Assembly (NCBI GenBank): GCA_031548365.1
Contig: JAVBRD010000019.1
Coordinates: forward strand, 84,511-148,510
Reading direction: 5' to 3'
DNA from: Eubacteriales bacterium
GTDB lineage: Bacteria; Bacillota; Clostridia; Christensenellales; UBA1750
DNA: 64,000 nucleotides
Position 1 is the first letter of the stretch, and every line of letters starts with the position of its first letter. The position numbers and the translations under genes are program-made. The notes under the pieces were generated by a model. The model was not told the origin of the DNA. It ran no database searches and saw only the letters and a program-made list of their open reading frames with translations. This document shows positions 10,904 through 20,743 of this stretch, in pieces.

Positions 10904-11006
10904 TCCTCCCGCGGCTCATCGCCAGTCAAAAGCTATGCGGGAACGGTGACGAACATGCCACACCATGGTATAATTCGCTCATAACGCATTCCTTGATTGA
11001 AATGAG

Positions 11007-12173
11007 GTGCGCACTTTGTCAAGCGGTATTGACGCCCTTCTCCCCCGTGAGCGCATGTCACCCGGCGCGCGCAAACTGCGCGACGCCTATGCCATCGTGC
11101 CCGGCGCTCCCCTGGTCATGAAAGAGTTCGGCTACTACGTGATTGACCGGTGGATTCGCGAAGGCCACTTGCCCTCGAAAGGAGCGCACGAGGCGATCGC
11201 CGAGCGCTTCGGCTTCGATGAGCAGGGCTTTTTCCCGCTCGGCGGGCTTGGGTGGTGCGAGGCGGCGTTCGTCCCGCCTTTTGAGACGCTAGTGCTCGAA
11301 GACAGGGGCGAGCATGAGCTTGGGCAGGATCACGCGGGCCGGAAAATCCTGTATTTCAAGGGCCGCCGCAGCGGCTTTATGCCCGACTATGTCGGCCACC
11401 CCGTGACCGACATGAAAAGCTGGGTCGATCTGTGCAAATGGCGGATGGATCCTGAAACGCCTGAGCGCTGGACAGGGCTTGCGGCCAAGATGGAGAAGGC
11501 TAAAAACGCGGCCGCGCAAGGTAAGATGATACAGGCCAACCTGATCGGGGGGTACATGTACCTGCGCAGTCTGATCGGGCCGCTCGAGCTGACGTACATG
11601 TTCTACGACGCGCCCGAAGTCATCCACGCGTGCATGGAAACATGGCTGACGCTTGCCGACGCGACGCTCGCGAAGTACCAGGAACACGTCACGTTCGACG
11701 AGTTCTACATCGCCGAGGACATCTGCTACAACAAAGGCCCGCTCATCTCACCCGCGATGATGCGCGGATTCCTCTTCCCTTACTACGCGCAGCTGCTGAA
11801 TAATGTCCGCGCGCGCCAGATCGACAAGTCGCGCAGGCTTTACTTTCAGGTCGATACCGACGGCGATTGCCGCCCGGTGATCGACGTCTACGGCGAGCTG
11901 GGCATGGACGTGATGTCGCCGTTTGAGGTCGCGTCCGGCTGCGACGTCGTGGAGATCGGCAAGCAGTACCCGAACCTCGTCATGTCCGGCGGCATCGATA
12001 AGCGTGTGCTGGCCGTGGGCGGACAAAAGATGGAAGACTACCTGCGCCGCATTCTGGACAATATGCGCGCGCGCGGCGGGTACATCCCCACCTGTGACCA
12101 CGGCGTGCCCGAGGAGGTCTCCTTCGCCAACTTCGCGCGGTACCGCGAGATCATGCTGGAATACGCGCGATAA
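11007..12173 (+). CDS. Uroporphyrinogen decarboxylase (URO-D) family protein (MtaA / methyltransferase-like)
   Basis: C-terminal signature GGIDKRVLAVGGQKMEDYLRRILDNMRARGGYIPTCDHGVPEEV and the overall length (~388 aa) are typical of the URO-D/MtaA superfamily. GTG start follows a GAGG RBS. Confidence 0.65.
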   Translation: MRTLSSGIDALLPRERMSPGARKLRDAYAIVPGAPLVMKEFGYYVIDRWIREGHLPSKGAHEAIAERFGFDEQGFFPLGGLGWCEAAFVPPFETLVLEDRGEHELGQDHAGRKILYFKGRRSGFMPDYVGHPVTDMKSWVDLCKWRMDPETPERWTGLAAKMEKAKNAAAQGKMIQANLIGGYMYLRSLIGPLELTYMFYDAPEVIHACMETWLTLADATLAKYQEHVTFDEFYIAEDICYNKGPLISPAMMRGFLFPYYAQLLNNVRARQIDKSRRLYFQVDTDGDCRPVIDVYGELGMDVMSPFEVASGCDVVEIGKQYPNLVMSGGIDKRVLAVGGQKMEDYLRRILDNMRARGGYIPTCDHGVPEEVSFANFARYREIMLEYAR

Positions 12174-12192
12174 ACCAGGACCGCGATTGACA

Positions 12193-12232
12193 AAGAAGAA
12201 GCGCCGGCAGACGGTGCTTCTTCTTGTTCTCT
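12193..12232. terminator. Hairpin terminator between the convergent URO-D-like and kinase genes
   Basis: GAAGAAGCGCCG-gcaga-CGGTGCTTCTTC followed by TTGTTCTCTC. Confidence 0.55.
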
Positions 12233-12258
12233 CGTCCGTTTCCATGGCGGACGAGCGC

Positions 12259-13335
12259 TTAAGCTGTATGAAAAAGCGCAAAACTAAACACTTGATGCCA
12301 CTCATCCAGTTCATCGATGATCTTGTGCGCCCAATCAACGTAATAAAGCATATCGGATATCCTTATCCGGACATCATTATCATGCTCAGCTTGCACACAC
12401 CAACCACCAATGCACCACAAAGGCTGCCGGGCCATAGCGAGCGGCAGCGCCGCCAAATCATCGCTTCCCAGCGGGATTTTCAAACCGCCGTTATACGCGC
12501 GCAATAACGAAGCCAACATGCTTTTATGGTCTTCGGCATCCGGTTGGAACAGTGTGAACTCCGCGTCTGCAAAGTAAAAAGTGAGCGCGATGTCTTCGAT
12601 TCGCGGCCGAACGCACATAAAATCAAAATCGCCGACGAGGACAATCTTGCCCTTGTTGAAAAAGACGTTGTTATCCCAAAAATCACCATGCGTGAGCTGC
12701 ATGGGAAGGGGAAACTCAAGCGAGGCAAGCCTATGGGCAAGCGCTTCCGCTCTGTCCGCAATCTGCCTTTCTTCATCGGTTATCCCGGAAAGCGAGCGAA
12801 TGCGGGAGACGCCCTTTTTCGTCATTTCGAGCGCCCGTTCCGCCGAAATGTGATTGACAAACGGCTGGTACAACGCCTCGGCGGACAACGCCAGTCCTTC
12901 AAGCGCCGAATGAATGCGCCCCAGATACGGCATTCCTTCTTCAAGCCGCGCCCAGGTTTTCATGAACGCATCATGACGGACATAACGCTCCGCTTCGACG
13001 AGGCGCCCGTCCCATCCGATATAAGGCAGCCCCTCCACGGTATTGAGTGTTTCCGCGCAGGGGACGGTGCTCCGAAGTTTGTTTTTCACGATTTGCATTC
13101 CGTCAAGCCGCGCGCTTGAAACACACGGCAGATAAACCCTGGCGACAAACAGCTCTCCCTGTTTTTTTAGCAGCAAATTGAGGCTGCACGAGCCGCCGAG
13201 GTCTGTTATGGGGCTGTCTTGATCAAATCCGTACTGTTTGCACAGAAAATCGATGAGCGCGGGCGTCGCCTCGGCGCGCGCGCCGCGCCTGATTCTCTTT
13301 GGATCACGTGAGTCGTCTATACCGCTCATATTCAC
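12259..13335 (-). CDS. Phosphotransferase-family kinase (APH / choline kinase / CotS-like fold)
   Basis: Catalytic loop HGDFWDNNVFF and metal-binding LVGDFDF motifs. Confidence 0.8.
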   Translation of the reverse strand: MNMSGIDDSRDPKRIRRGARAEATPALIDFLCKQYGFDQDSPITDLGGSCSLNLLLKKQGELFVARVYLPCVSSARLDGMQIVKNKLRSTVPCAETLNTVEGLPYIGWDGRLVEAERYVRHDAFMKTWARLEEGMPYLGRIHSALEGLALSAEALYQPFVNHISAERALEMTKKGVSRIRSLSGITDEERQIADRAEALAHRLASLEFPLPMQLTHGDFWDNNVFFNKGKIVLVGDFDFMCVRPRIEDIALTFYFADAEFTLFQPDAEDHKSMLASLLRAYNGGLKIPLGSDDLAALPLAMARQPLWCIGGWCVQAEHDNDVRIRISDMLYYVDWAHKIIDELDEWHQVFSFALFHTA

Positions 13336-13340
13336 CCGTT

Positions 13341-14138
13341 TCAGCGCTTGCGCGCGATGAACGTCCCGGATTGCTTGGTGACGCCGATGATCCCATCCTT
13401 TTTCTTTTCTTCGAGAAACGCGCGCAAGCCCGCGCGATCAGCATCGCTGATGTCGCCGAAGCCTTGGAATGTGAGCACGTAGTCGGCGAGATCGGCGGAA
13501 TCGGTGACCTCAAGGCGGTCGGCGTACTCCGTAGAATGGACGTCCGCGAAAAACGCTTCCAGCTGCTCACGCCCGTTTTGCAGCGTGAAGGAGAGCGCCG
13601 CGGAGTTGAACGCGTCAAGGCCGGGGCGGAACTCGCGAACCCAAGCGTTGAGCTCGCGCAGATGGCGTTCGCCCGATGTGGCGGCGTAAAAAACCCCGCC
13701 CGCTTTGAGAACGCGCCGTATCTCCGAGAGCGCGCGCCGAAGATCGGAGACATGGTACAACATGAAGTTGGCGATCACGACGTCAAACGACGCAAAGGCG
13801 AAGGGCAGGCTGTGCGCGTCGACGACGCGCGTGGTCACGCACTCAAAGTCCGCGCAGCGCTTTTTGATGTCCTCCACCATGCCGGGGGAAAAATCGGTGA
13901 GCGTCAGGCGCACGCCCCGCGGCAGCGTGGGAATCCTGCCCGACCACAGCGCGCCCGTCCCCGCGCCAAGCTCAAGCACGGCGTCCCCTTCCTTGATCTC
14001 GTACTGCTTAAACAACCAGTCCGATATCCCCTGCGGATTAACGCTGTATTTTTCGTGGATGGAGACGCGCCGTGAGAGCTTGCCCGTGCTCGCGTACTGC
14101 TCCCTGACTTTCCGGGCGTCACGCAAGACATCGCTCAT
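13341..14138 (-). CDS. Class I SAM-dependent methyltransferase
   Basis: Motif I VLELGAGTGALW and motif post-I. I placed the start at the internal Met (MSDVLRDARKV), which forms an ATGA overlap with the stop of the upstream GH4 gene. The longer track ORF extends into junk Arg/Gly-rich sequence. Confidence 0.8.
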   Translation of the reverse strand: MSDVLRDARKVREQYASTGKLSRRVSIHEKYSVNPQGISDWLFKQYEIKEGDAVLELGAGTGALWSGRIPTLPRGVRLTLTDFSPGMVEDIKKRCADFECVTTRVVDAHSLPFAFASFDVVIANFMLYHVSDLRRALSEIRRVLKAGGVFYAATSGERHLRELNAWVREFRPGLDAFNSAALSFTLQNGREQLEAFFADVHSTEYADRLEVTDSADLADYVLTFQGFGDISDADRAGLRAFLEEKKKDGIIGVTKQSGTFIARKR

Positions 14139-15430
14139 GCGAACTGCGGAAGATGCGCCTTGTGCGCGCCGATCAGCTCGGTGACCATGCGCGAAACCGC
14201 GCCCGCGTCCGTCATGTACCCGCCCGCGAGAATGGCTTCTTCGTAGAGCCGCACATCGCCCCTGAGCGCCGCGTCCGCCGCAAGCTCGATGATCGCGAGG
14301 TTTTTCGAGACAATGGCGGCGAGCTCGTCGGGAAAATCGGCGACGTGGAGCGGGGACATGCCCCCCGCGGCAGCCGCGCAAGGCAGCTCGACGACAGCGT
14401 CAAACGGCAGGTTGGGCACGGCGCCCCGGTTGGGACGGTTGGCCGAGTACACGCGCTTGAGGTCATACTCGCGCGACTCAATGATCTCCATGAGCTGCTC
14501 ATGTTCTCCGGGAAGCTTGCGGATGAAATCTTCGGGCAGGGGGCCGTCCGCGAGCGCCGCGCGCATCGCCTGTTCGTGCGTTCTATCGCCGCCCTCGATC
14601 GTCCCCTCAAAGGAGTACGCGTCCACGCCAAGGATGTTGCCGTAGTACTTCCCGCCCGCGAACCGCTCGGTGAAAAACTCGGTCACGTGACGGTCTCCCG
14701 GGGCGGGGAAAGCACGGTAGCGCGCGAGGAACTCGTAGCAGAATTTTTCTCGATCCGGGTTTTGCACGTTTTTCAGCACATCGGGCCACGCGTCCAGCCC
14801 ATCCACGCGCAGATCGTGGATGAATGTCAGGTGGTTGATGCCCGCCCAGCTCGCTGTCACACGGCTATGGTCAAGCCCCGCCATGCGCGCGATGAGCCGC
14901 ACCGTGTCAGGCACGCCGTGGCAAAGCCCCGTGACATCGTGCTTTTCAGCCTTATACAGCGCGCGGCACAGGATGGCCATGGGATTGGCGTAGTTGACAA
15001 AAAAGGCGTTGGGGCACAGCGCGCGTATGTCACGGGCGATGTCCAGCATCGCGGGCGTCATGCGCATGGCGCGCGATATGCCGCCCGGCATGGCCGTATC
15101 TCCCACCGGCTGAAAAACGCCGTACTTGCGCGGGATGAACACGTCCTTCTCCCAAGCCCTTCTTCCGCCAACGCCGATGGTGGTCACCACGTAGTCGGCT
15201 TCGGGCAGAAGGTCGCGCCTGTCCGCGCTGTGAGACAGCTTGATGGGCGCATCCTTGAGCCGGATGATCTTGGCGACCAGTTTGGCCATCGCCTCAAGCA
15301 CCGGCTCGTCGATGTCGCAGAGCGCAAGCTCCCACTGCGCGCCCGCCGGATTGCGGATGAGATCCATCACGAGTCCCTGCGTGAACATAGCGCTCCCCGC
15401 GCCGATCAGAACCATCTTGCGTTTACGCAT
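14135..15430 (-). CDS. Glycoside hydrolase family 4 (NAD+/Mn2+-dependent glycosidase, LplD/AglA/MelA-like)
   Basis: N-terminal Rossmann MRKRKMVLIGAGSAMF, about 430 aa, with the GH4-typical central Cys/His region (GLCHGV). Confidence 0.85.
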   Translation of the reverse strand: MRKRKMVLIGAGSAMFTQGLVMDLIRNPAGAQWELALCDIDEPVLEAMAKLVAKIIRLKDAPIKLSHSADRRDLLPEADYVVTTIGVGGRRAWEKDVFIPRKYGVFQPVGDTAMPGGISRAMRMTPAMLDIARDIRALCPNAFFVNYANPMAILCRALYKAEKHDVTGLCHGVPDTVRLIARMAGLDHSRVTASWAGINHLTFIHDLRVDGLDAWPDVLKNVQNPDREKFCYEFLARYRAFPAPGDRHVTEFFTERFAGGKYYGNILGVDAYSFEGTIEGGDRTHEQAMRAALADGPLPEDFIRKLPGEHEQLMEIIESREYDLKRVYSANRPNRGAVPNLPFDAVVELPCAAAAGGMSPLHVADFPDELAAIVSKNLAIIELAADAALRGDVRLYEEAILAGGYMTDAGAVSRMVTELIGAHKAHLPQFA

Positions 15431-15538
15431 GATAAAACCCTCCTTGTCGGTGTGGTCAAGTATTCAAAATCCGTCCGGTGTTCCGGAAGACGGGGGCATG
15501 AAATGCGAAGCGATCCCTTGCGGCGCGCGGTGCAGGCC

Positions 15539-17275
15539 CTACGCGCTCACGCCGGCGAACTGCGCGCGCACGAGCTTGGCGTACGCGCCGTCCCTGGCGA
15601 GAAGCTGCGTATGCGTGCCGCTCTCCACGACGCGCCCGCGCGCCATGACGAGGATGAGGTCGGCGTCGCGGATGGTGGAAAGGCGGTGGGCGATCACAAA
15701 GCTGGTGCGACCCTTGATCATGGCACGGAACGCCTGCTGTATGCGGTACTCGGTGAGTACGTCCACGCTGGAGGTCGCCTCGTCCAAGATGAGCATGGGC
15801 GGATCGACGAGCATGGCGCGAGCGATGGTCAAAAGCTGTTTCTGTCCCTCGGAGAGGTTGCCGCCGCCTTCGGTGATCACGGTATCGTAGCCTTTGGGGA
15901 GCCGGCGGATGAAGCCGTGCGCGTGCGCGGAGGTCGCGGCCCGAACGATCTCCTCCTCGGACGCGCCGGGGCGTCCATACGCGATGTTGTCGCGCACGGT
16001 GCCGCCGAAGAGCCATGTCCCCTGAAGCACCATGCCGAACTGCCGGCGCACGGACTGGCGGTTGACGGAGCGCGTCTCCACGCCGTCGATTCGGACCTCG
16101 CCGCCCTGAACGTCGTAAAAGCGCATGAGCAGGTTGACCAGCGTCGTCTTGCCCGCGCCGGTCGCGCCCACGATAGCGACCATCTGGCCGGGGGTGACGC
16201 GCATGGTGAAGTCCTCGATGAGCGGCTCGCCGGTATAGGAGAAGGCCACGCTGTCCAGCGCTACACAGCCCTCTGCCGCGCGCAGCATGGCAGGCAGGTT
16301 GTCCTCGCGCTTTTCACGGCCCAGGTCGATGAGCTCAAAGACGCGCTGCGCGGAAGCGATGGCCGCGAAAAACTGCGTGGCGACGGCGGTCACGGTGTTA
16401 AATGGCTGCGCGAACTGCGCGGAGTACAGCACAAAGCTTGAGAGTTTGCCCGCGCTCGCGCCCGGGATGAGCGCGCCGATCAGCCCCACCGCGACGTAGG
16501 CCAAGTGCCCGACGAAACGCGTGCTCGGGTTGATGAGCGCGGAGGCGAACTGCGCGCGCTGGACATGGCCTTTTAGGTTCTGGTTGATCTCCTCGAAACC
16601 CGCGATGGCCGCGTCCTCATGCCCGTAGGCCTTGACGGTGCGCACGCCGGAGACGTATTCCTCCGTCAGCGCGCTTAAGTCCCCCAGGAGTTTTTGCTGC
16701 TGACGGAAGGAAGTGTTGATGAACTTGGTGATGCGGGAGGCGACCACGAACGTCAGCGACGTGATGGCGACCACGGCAAGCGTGATGAGCGGGCTTAAGG
16801 AGATCATCATGGCGAGCGCGCCGATGATGATGACCACGCCGGAGAAAAGCTGTGTGATGCCCTGCACAAAACCCTCGGTCACAGCGTCGGCATCGTTGAT
16901 GAAGCGGGAGATGATGTCGCCCGCGGGGCGCGCGTCAAGGGTGGCGAGTGGAAGGCGGGAGAGCGTCTCAAACGCGTCGTCGCGCAGCTTGCGAACCACG
17001 CTCGACGCGATTTTGTTGGCGGAGAACTGCACAAAGTACATCATGAGCGCGCTCGCGCCCACAAGCGCGGCCAAAGCCGCGGCGATGCGCGCGAGGCCGT
17101 CAAAGTCGACCGCGCCCGGACCGAGCATCAGGTCGATGCCGCGCCCGAACAGCCCGGGGGCGGCAATGTCGCACAAACTGGCGGCCGCCGCGCACAAAAA
17201 AACGAGGGTGATACGCGCGCGGTGCGCGGACGCGTAACCGAGCAGGCGGGGAAGCGTCTTTAGCGCGTTGTTCAC
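15539..17275 (-). CDS. ABC exporter, fused permease and ATPase (type I MDR-like), subunit 2 of a heterodimeric pair
   Basis: Six-TM domain plus an NBD with Walker A GATGAGKTT, signature LSEGQKQLLTIARAM and Walker B ILDEATSSVD. Confidence 0.9.
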   Translation of the reverse strand: MNNALKTLPRLLGYASAHRARITLVFLCAAAASLCDIAAPGLFGRGIDLMLGPGAVDFDGLARIAAALAALVGASALMMYFVQFSANKIASSVVRKLRDDAFETLSRLPLATLDARPAGDIISRFINDADAVTEGFVQGITQLFSGVVIIIGALAMMISLSPLITLAVVAITSLTFVVASRITKFINTSFRQQQKLLGDLSALTEEYVSGVRTVKAYGHEDAAIAGFEEINQNLKGHVQRAQFASALINPSTRFVGHLAYVAVGLIGALIPGASAGKLSSFVLYSAQFAQPFNTVTAVATQFFAAIASAQRVFELIDLGREKREDNLPAMLRAAEGCVALDSVAFSYTGEPLIEDFTMRVTPGQMVAIVGATGAGKTTLVNLLMRFYDVQGGEVRIDGVETRSVNRQSVRRQFGMVLQGTWLFGGTVRDNIAYGRPGASEEEIVRAATSAHAHGFIRRLPKGYDTVITEGGGNLSEGQKQLLTIARAMLVDPPMLILDEATSSVDVLTEYRIQQAFRAMIKGRTSFVIAHRLSTIRDADLILVMARGRVVESGTHTQLLARDGAYAKLVRAQFAGVSA

Positions 17276-18948
17276 GCGGCGCCGCCTCCCATCTGCAGGC
17301 GCTGGATCTCGCGGTACGCGTCGCAGCGCGCCGCCAGCTCCTCGTGCGTGCCCTGATCGAGGATCGCGCCATCGTCCAGCATCAGGATGCGCTCGGCTTT
17401 CTTGACTGAGGACGCGCGCTGGGAGACGATCACCAGCGTCATGCCCGCGTACTCCCTGCGGATGGCGTCATACAGCCGCGCCTCCGTCGCGTAGTCCAGC
17501 GCGGAGGAAGAATCGTCCAAGATGAGCAGATCGGGCCGCCGCACGAGCGCGCGCGCGATGGAGAGCCGCTGCCGCTGTCCCCCGCTCAGAGAAAGCCCGC
17601 CCCGCCCGAGCGGCGCGTTGTATCCCCCGGTCAATCGCTCAATGAACTCGTGCGCCTGCGCGGCTTTGGCGGCTCGGATCACGTCCTCCTCGCACGCGCC
17701 CGGATGGCCCCAGCGGATGTTCTCAGCGACCGTGCCGGTGAATAGCTCACAGCGCTGGAGCACAATGCTCTTCTCCGAAGCGCTCACACGGGCGACGCCG
17801 GAACTGGGCGTGAGCAGCCCCATGAGCAGGTGTGCCAGCGTGGACTTGCCTGAACCCGTCCCCCCGATCACGCCCAGCGTCTGGCCGCGCCTAAGCGAAA
17901 ACGTCGCGTTCTCAATCGCGTTTTCAGCGGAGGTATAGCCAAAGCACACCTTTTCAAACACGATGGCCGGTTCGGTGTTGTCACCCACAGGCAGCGCGCC
18001 GTTTCCTTCCGGAGCGGCCAGCACCTCACTGATGCGGCCGTAGGAGGCGTAAGCGCGCGTATAGGTGGACATCAGGCTGGTGATGACGACCAACGTGGCC
18101 AGCACCTGCGTTAGGTAATTGATGAACGCGAGCACCTGCCCCTGCGAGATGTCCCCCAGGTTGACGCGCACGCCACCGAACCAGATGATGCCCACGATCG
18201 CCGCGTTGATGATGAGTGCTGTGACCGGGCCGAGCGCGGCGGCAATCTTCGCCACGCGCACGCCCGACGCGAACCACTCGCCATTTTTTTCACCAAAGCG
18301 CGCTCTCTCTGCGTCCTCGCGCGCGAAAGCGCGGATGACGCGCACGCCCGAGAGGTTTTCCCGCACGACCGTGCCCACGGCGTCCAGTTTTTTCTGCACC
18401 GCGCGGTACAGCTTTGGCGTGCGGGTCATGATGACGGCCATGGCCGCGATGAACATGGGTACGGCCAGCATGAGCACCATGGAGAGCGAAAAATCGAGCA
18501 TGACCGCGCAGATGATGCTCCCGATGGCGATGTAGGGCGCGCGCACCGACAGCCGGATCGTGATCGCGACCGCCTGCTGGATTTGGTTGACGTCGTTCGT
18601 CACACGCGTGGTCAGGGTCTGTGCGCCGAAGCGGTCCTGATCGCGGAAGGGCATGCGCATGATTTTCGCAAAAACCGCCGAGCGCATGCGCGTCCCCACG
18701 CCCGCCGCGGCAACCGCCGCCGAGTACTGGCAGACCAGAGCGCACAAGTACCCCGCGACCGAAACGGCGAGCGAGTACAGCGAGTATCTGTAGACGGCGG
18801 ATACATCCCCGCCCGCGATGCCCTTGTCGATGATGTTGGCCATAAAGATGGGCAGATTGAGCTCGAGGATCGCCTCAAAGAGCTTGAACGCCGGCCCGAT
18901 GATGAATTGCTTGAGGTTACCACGGCAGTAGTTGAGCAAAAGCGACAC
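17272..18948 (-). CDS. ABC exporter, fused permease and ATPase, subunit 1 of the heterodimeric pair
   Basis: NBD with GGTGSGKST, LSGGQRQRLSIARAL and LILDDSSSALD. It overlaps its partner by 4 nt. Confidence 0.9.
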   Translation of the reverse strand: MSLLLNYCRGNLKQFIIGPAFKLFEAILELNLPIFMANIIDKGIAGGDVSAVYRYSLYSLAVSVAGYLCALVCQYSAAVAAAGVGTRMRSAVFAKIMRMPFRDQDRFGAQTLTTRVTNDVNQIQQAVAITIRLSVRAPYIAIGSIICAVMLDFSLSMVLMLAVPMFIAAMAVIMTRTPKLYRAVQKKLDAVGTVVRENLSGVRVIRAFAREDAERARFGEKNGEWFASGVRVAKIAAALGPVTALIINAAIVGIIWFGGVRVNLGDISQGQVLAFINYLTQVLATLVVITSLMSTYTRAYASYGRISEVLAAPEGNGALPVGDNTEPAIVFEKVCFGYTSAENAIENATFSLRRGQTLGVIGGTGSGKSTLAHLLMGLLTPSSGVARVSASEKSIVLQRCELFTGTVAENIRWGHPGACEEDVIRAAKAAQAHEFIERLTGGYNAPLGRGGLSLSGGQRQRLSIARALVRRPDLLILDDSSSALDYATEARLYDAIRREYAGMTLVIVSQRASSVKKAERILMLDDGAILDQGTHEELAARCDAYREIQRLQMGGGAA

Positions 18949-18969
18949 GCGCGCGTCACCATTCCCTGT

Positions 18970-19446
18970 CTATTTGATTTTTTTGACGCCATTTTCCAAA
19001 AGCGCTATGGCCCGGGCGACGCGTGCCGCGCGTGTTTCCTGTTTTTTTGCGGATGTGATGAGGTCGGCGTAGAGCCGTTTGTTGCTCACGGACAGGGTCT
19101 TGAAAAACGCCTCGGCCTTGGGCGAAGAAACGAAAGCGGCACTGAGGTCGTCCGGCGGCTCCACGGCGCGGGGTTCCTCATCCAGCTCGACAGTGACGCG
19201 CACGACATCGCCCCTGCCTTTACCGAGCTTTGCGCGGATGGATTTGAGCACGCCGATACATGGCCCCGCGCCCATGTTGGCGATGGAACCCCGATATGGA
19301 ATGCCGTCGAACGTCACGCGAACGGGGACAAGGTTGGCCCTGCCGAAGCATTCGCGGACATCGTACGGGAACAAAACAAACGCGCCCGAGCCCACGTCGT
19401 CCGACTGAAGGATGGCGGCATCGAATTCATAGACCAAGCGCATCAC
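18970..19446 (-). CDS. DUF1905 plus YdeI/OmpD-associated family protein
   Basis: N-terminal DUF1905-like beta domain (VRVTFDGIPYRGS). The C-terminus NKRLYADLITSAKKQETRAARVARAIALLENG is typical of the YdeI family. Confidence 0.6.
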   Translation of the reverse strand: MMRLVYEFDAAILQSDDVGSGAFVLFPYDVRECFGRANLVPVRVTFDGIPYRGSIANMGAGPCIGVLKSIRAKLGKGRGDVVRVTVELDEEPRAVEPPDDLSAAFVSSPKAEAFFKTLSVSNKRLYADLITSAKKQETRAARVARAIALLENGVKKIK

Positions 19447-19461
19447 CTGAACCTGAGTATA

Positions 19462-20583
19462 TCACGGCGTGAGCGCGGAGAGCAACCGTGCGTCAAACGC
19501 TTCTTTGGCACGGTCATACACGCCGAACCCACCGCAGAACTCCCAGTAGCACGCGGACAGCCCGGCACCGTTCGCCTCTTCCACAACCGCGGCGGCCCAT
19601 TCGGCGCGCATGGCGCTTTCGGCGCGGGACGTCGCGCCGAACTCCGTGATCATTACGCGCATGCCCGTTTCATCCGACCACGCCTTGGCCGCGCGCATGT
19701 CCGCCGCGATGGCCGCGCGCGCCCCGGGCGTATCGGCCCACGAAACGCCGGTAAGATCGCGCGTATCCGCGGACCAGCGTTCTCCCTGATGCGTAAACGC
19801 GCGCGGCACGAAGTACGCAAACCCGCCGACGACATGCGGATCGGGCGCAAGCGCGGGCAGCGCGCGGGCATCACCGCCCACGCCCGGGACGACGACCGTC
19901 CGCACCGCGCTTTGCGCGCGCACCAAGGAGAGCGCATCCTCCGCAAGCGCTTGCCAGCGCGCTCCGGAGAGGCCGTTCGGGCCGTGATGAATCTCAAGCC
20001 ACACGTTGTCCGGCCATGACGCGGACGCCACGGCGATCTGCCGCCAGACCGCAAGGTACTTTTGCCGCGCGCTTTGAGTTAAGAGCGGTTCGTAACTGTG
20101 GTACGCGATGATCACGACCTGATTTTCACGCGCGCCCGCGCCCGCCAGATGAGCGACGCGTGCCAACAGCTCTTCATCCAGCGCGTAATCCGGCGCGGCA
20201 CCCGTGTTGGATGCGAAGTCCACAGGGATGCGCACGCAGGTAAAGCCCGCGCGCGCGAGCAGGTCGAAGTCGCCGTCCTGGATGACCACGCCCCAGTCGC
20301 CTTCCCTTGGGGCGTCCAGCGCGTTGCCTATGCTCACGCCGCGAAGTGGCCACGTTTCGGCCGCGCGCGTTGGCTCAGCCGTCGGCCGCGGCGTTGGAGC
20401 CGACGCCGGAACGGGCGTCACCGGCGCGATGGAGCGATAAGGCGCGCCCGGCGTGGGGAGCGTCTTGGGCGCGATCGGCCCGGTATACACGCGCTCAAAC
20501 GCCGCGTAAAACGCGCCCGCGAGCACCGCGAGTACAAGCGCGCCCGTCGCCAGACGCACCGCCGTGAACCGCCGCTTGCGCAT
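19462..20583 (-). CDS. Membrane-anchored glycoside hydrolase family 5-like (cellulase superfamily) protein with Pro/Thr linker
   Basis: N-terminal TM segment, a PT-rich linker, a TIM-barrel with the nucleophile motif MITEFG and an acid/base-region WLEIHHGPN. Start taken at MRKRRF. Confidence 0.55.
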   Translation of the reverse strand: MRKRRFTAVRLATGALVLAVLAGAFYAAFERVYTGPIAPKTLPTPGAPYRSIAPVTPVPASAPTPRPTAEPTRAAETWPLRGVSIGNALDAPREGDWGVVIQDGDFDLLARAGFTCVRIPVDFASNTGAAPDYALDEELLARVAHLAGAGARENQVVIIAYHSYEPLLTQSARQKYLAVWRQIAVASASWPDNVWLEIHHGPNGLSGARWQALAEDALSLVRAQSAVRTVVVPGVGGDARALPALAPDPHVVGGFAYFVPRAFTHQGERWSADTRDLTGVSWADTPGARAAIAADMRAAKAWSDETGMRVMITEFGATSRAESAMRAEWAAAVVEEANGAGLSACYWEFCGGFGVYDRAKEAFDARLLSALTP

Positions 20584-20743
20584 GAAGATTGTCTTTGCCA
20601 AAAAAATCACCCGCCATCAGTGTGCCTGACGGCGGGCAGCGGCATGCGCGGGGGAGGAGGCCAGTCCACGACGAGGCGCTGACGCCGGGCGGATGTCACT
20701 TCGCTCCAACACCGGCCCCGCTGGCGCGGGTGATAAATACAGC

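Noticed and set aside
9692-10984. 430-aa plus-strand ORF across the 9.6 to 10 kb gap and the hypothetical gene
   Set aside because: Biased composition (R/P/A/G), no RBS, and it runs antisense to a plausible minus-strand gene. The gap is better explained as non-coding with repeats.
14153-16441. 762-aa plus-strand ORF
   Set aside because: Antisense to the GH4 and ABC exporter genes, with Arg/His/Gly/Asp-rich junk composition.
18583-20019. 478-aa plus-strand ORF
   Set aside because: Antisense to the ABC exporter, YdeI and GH5 genes, with junk composition.
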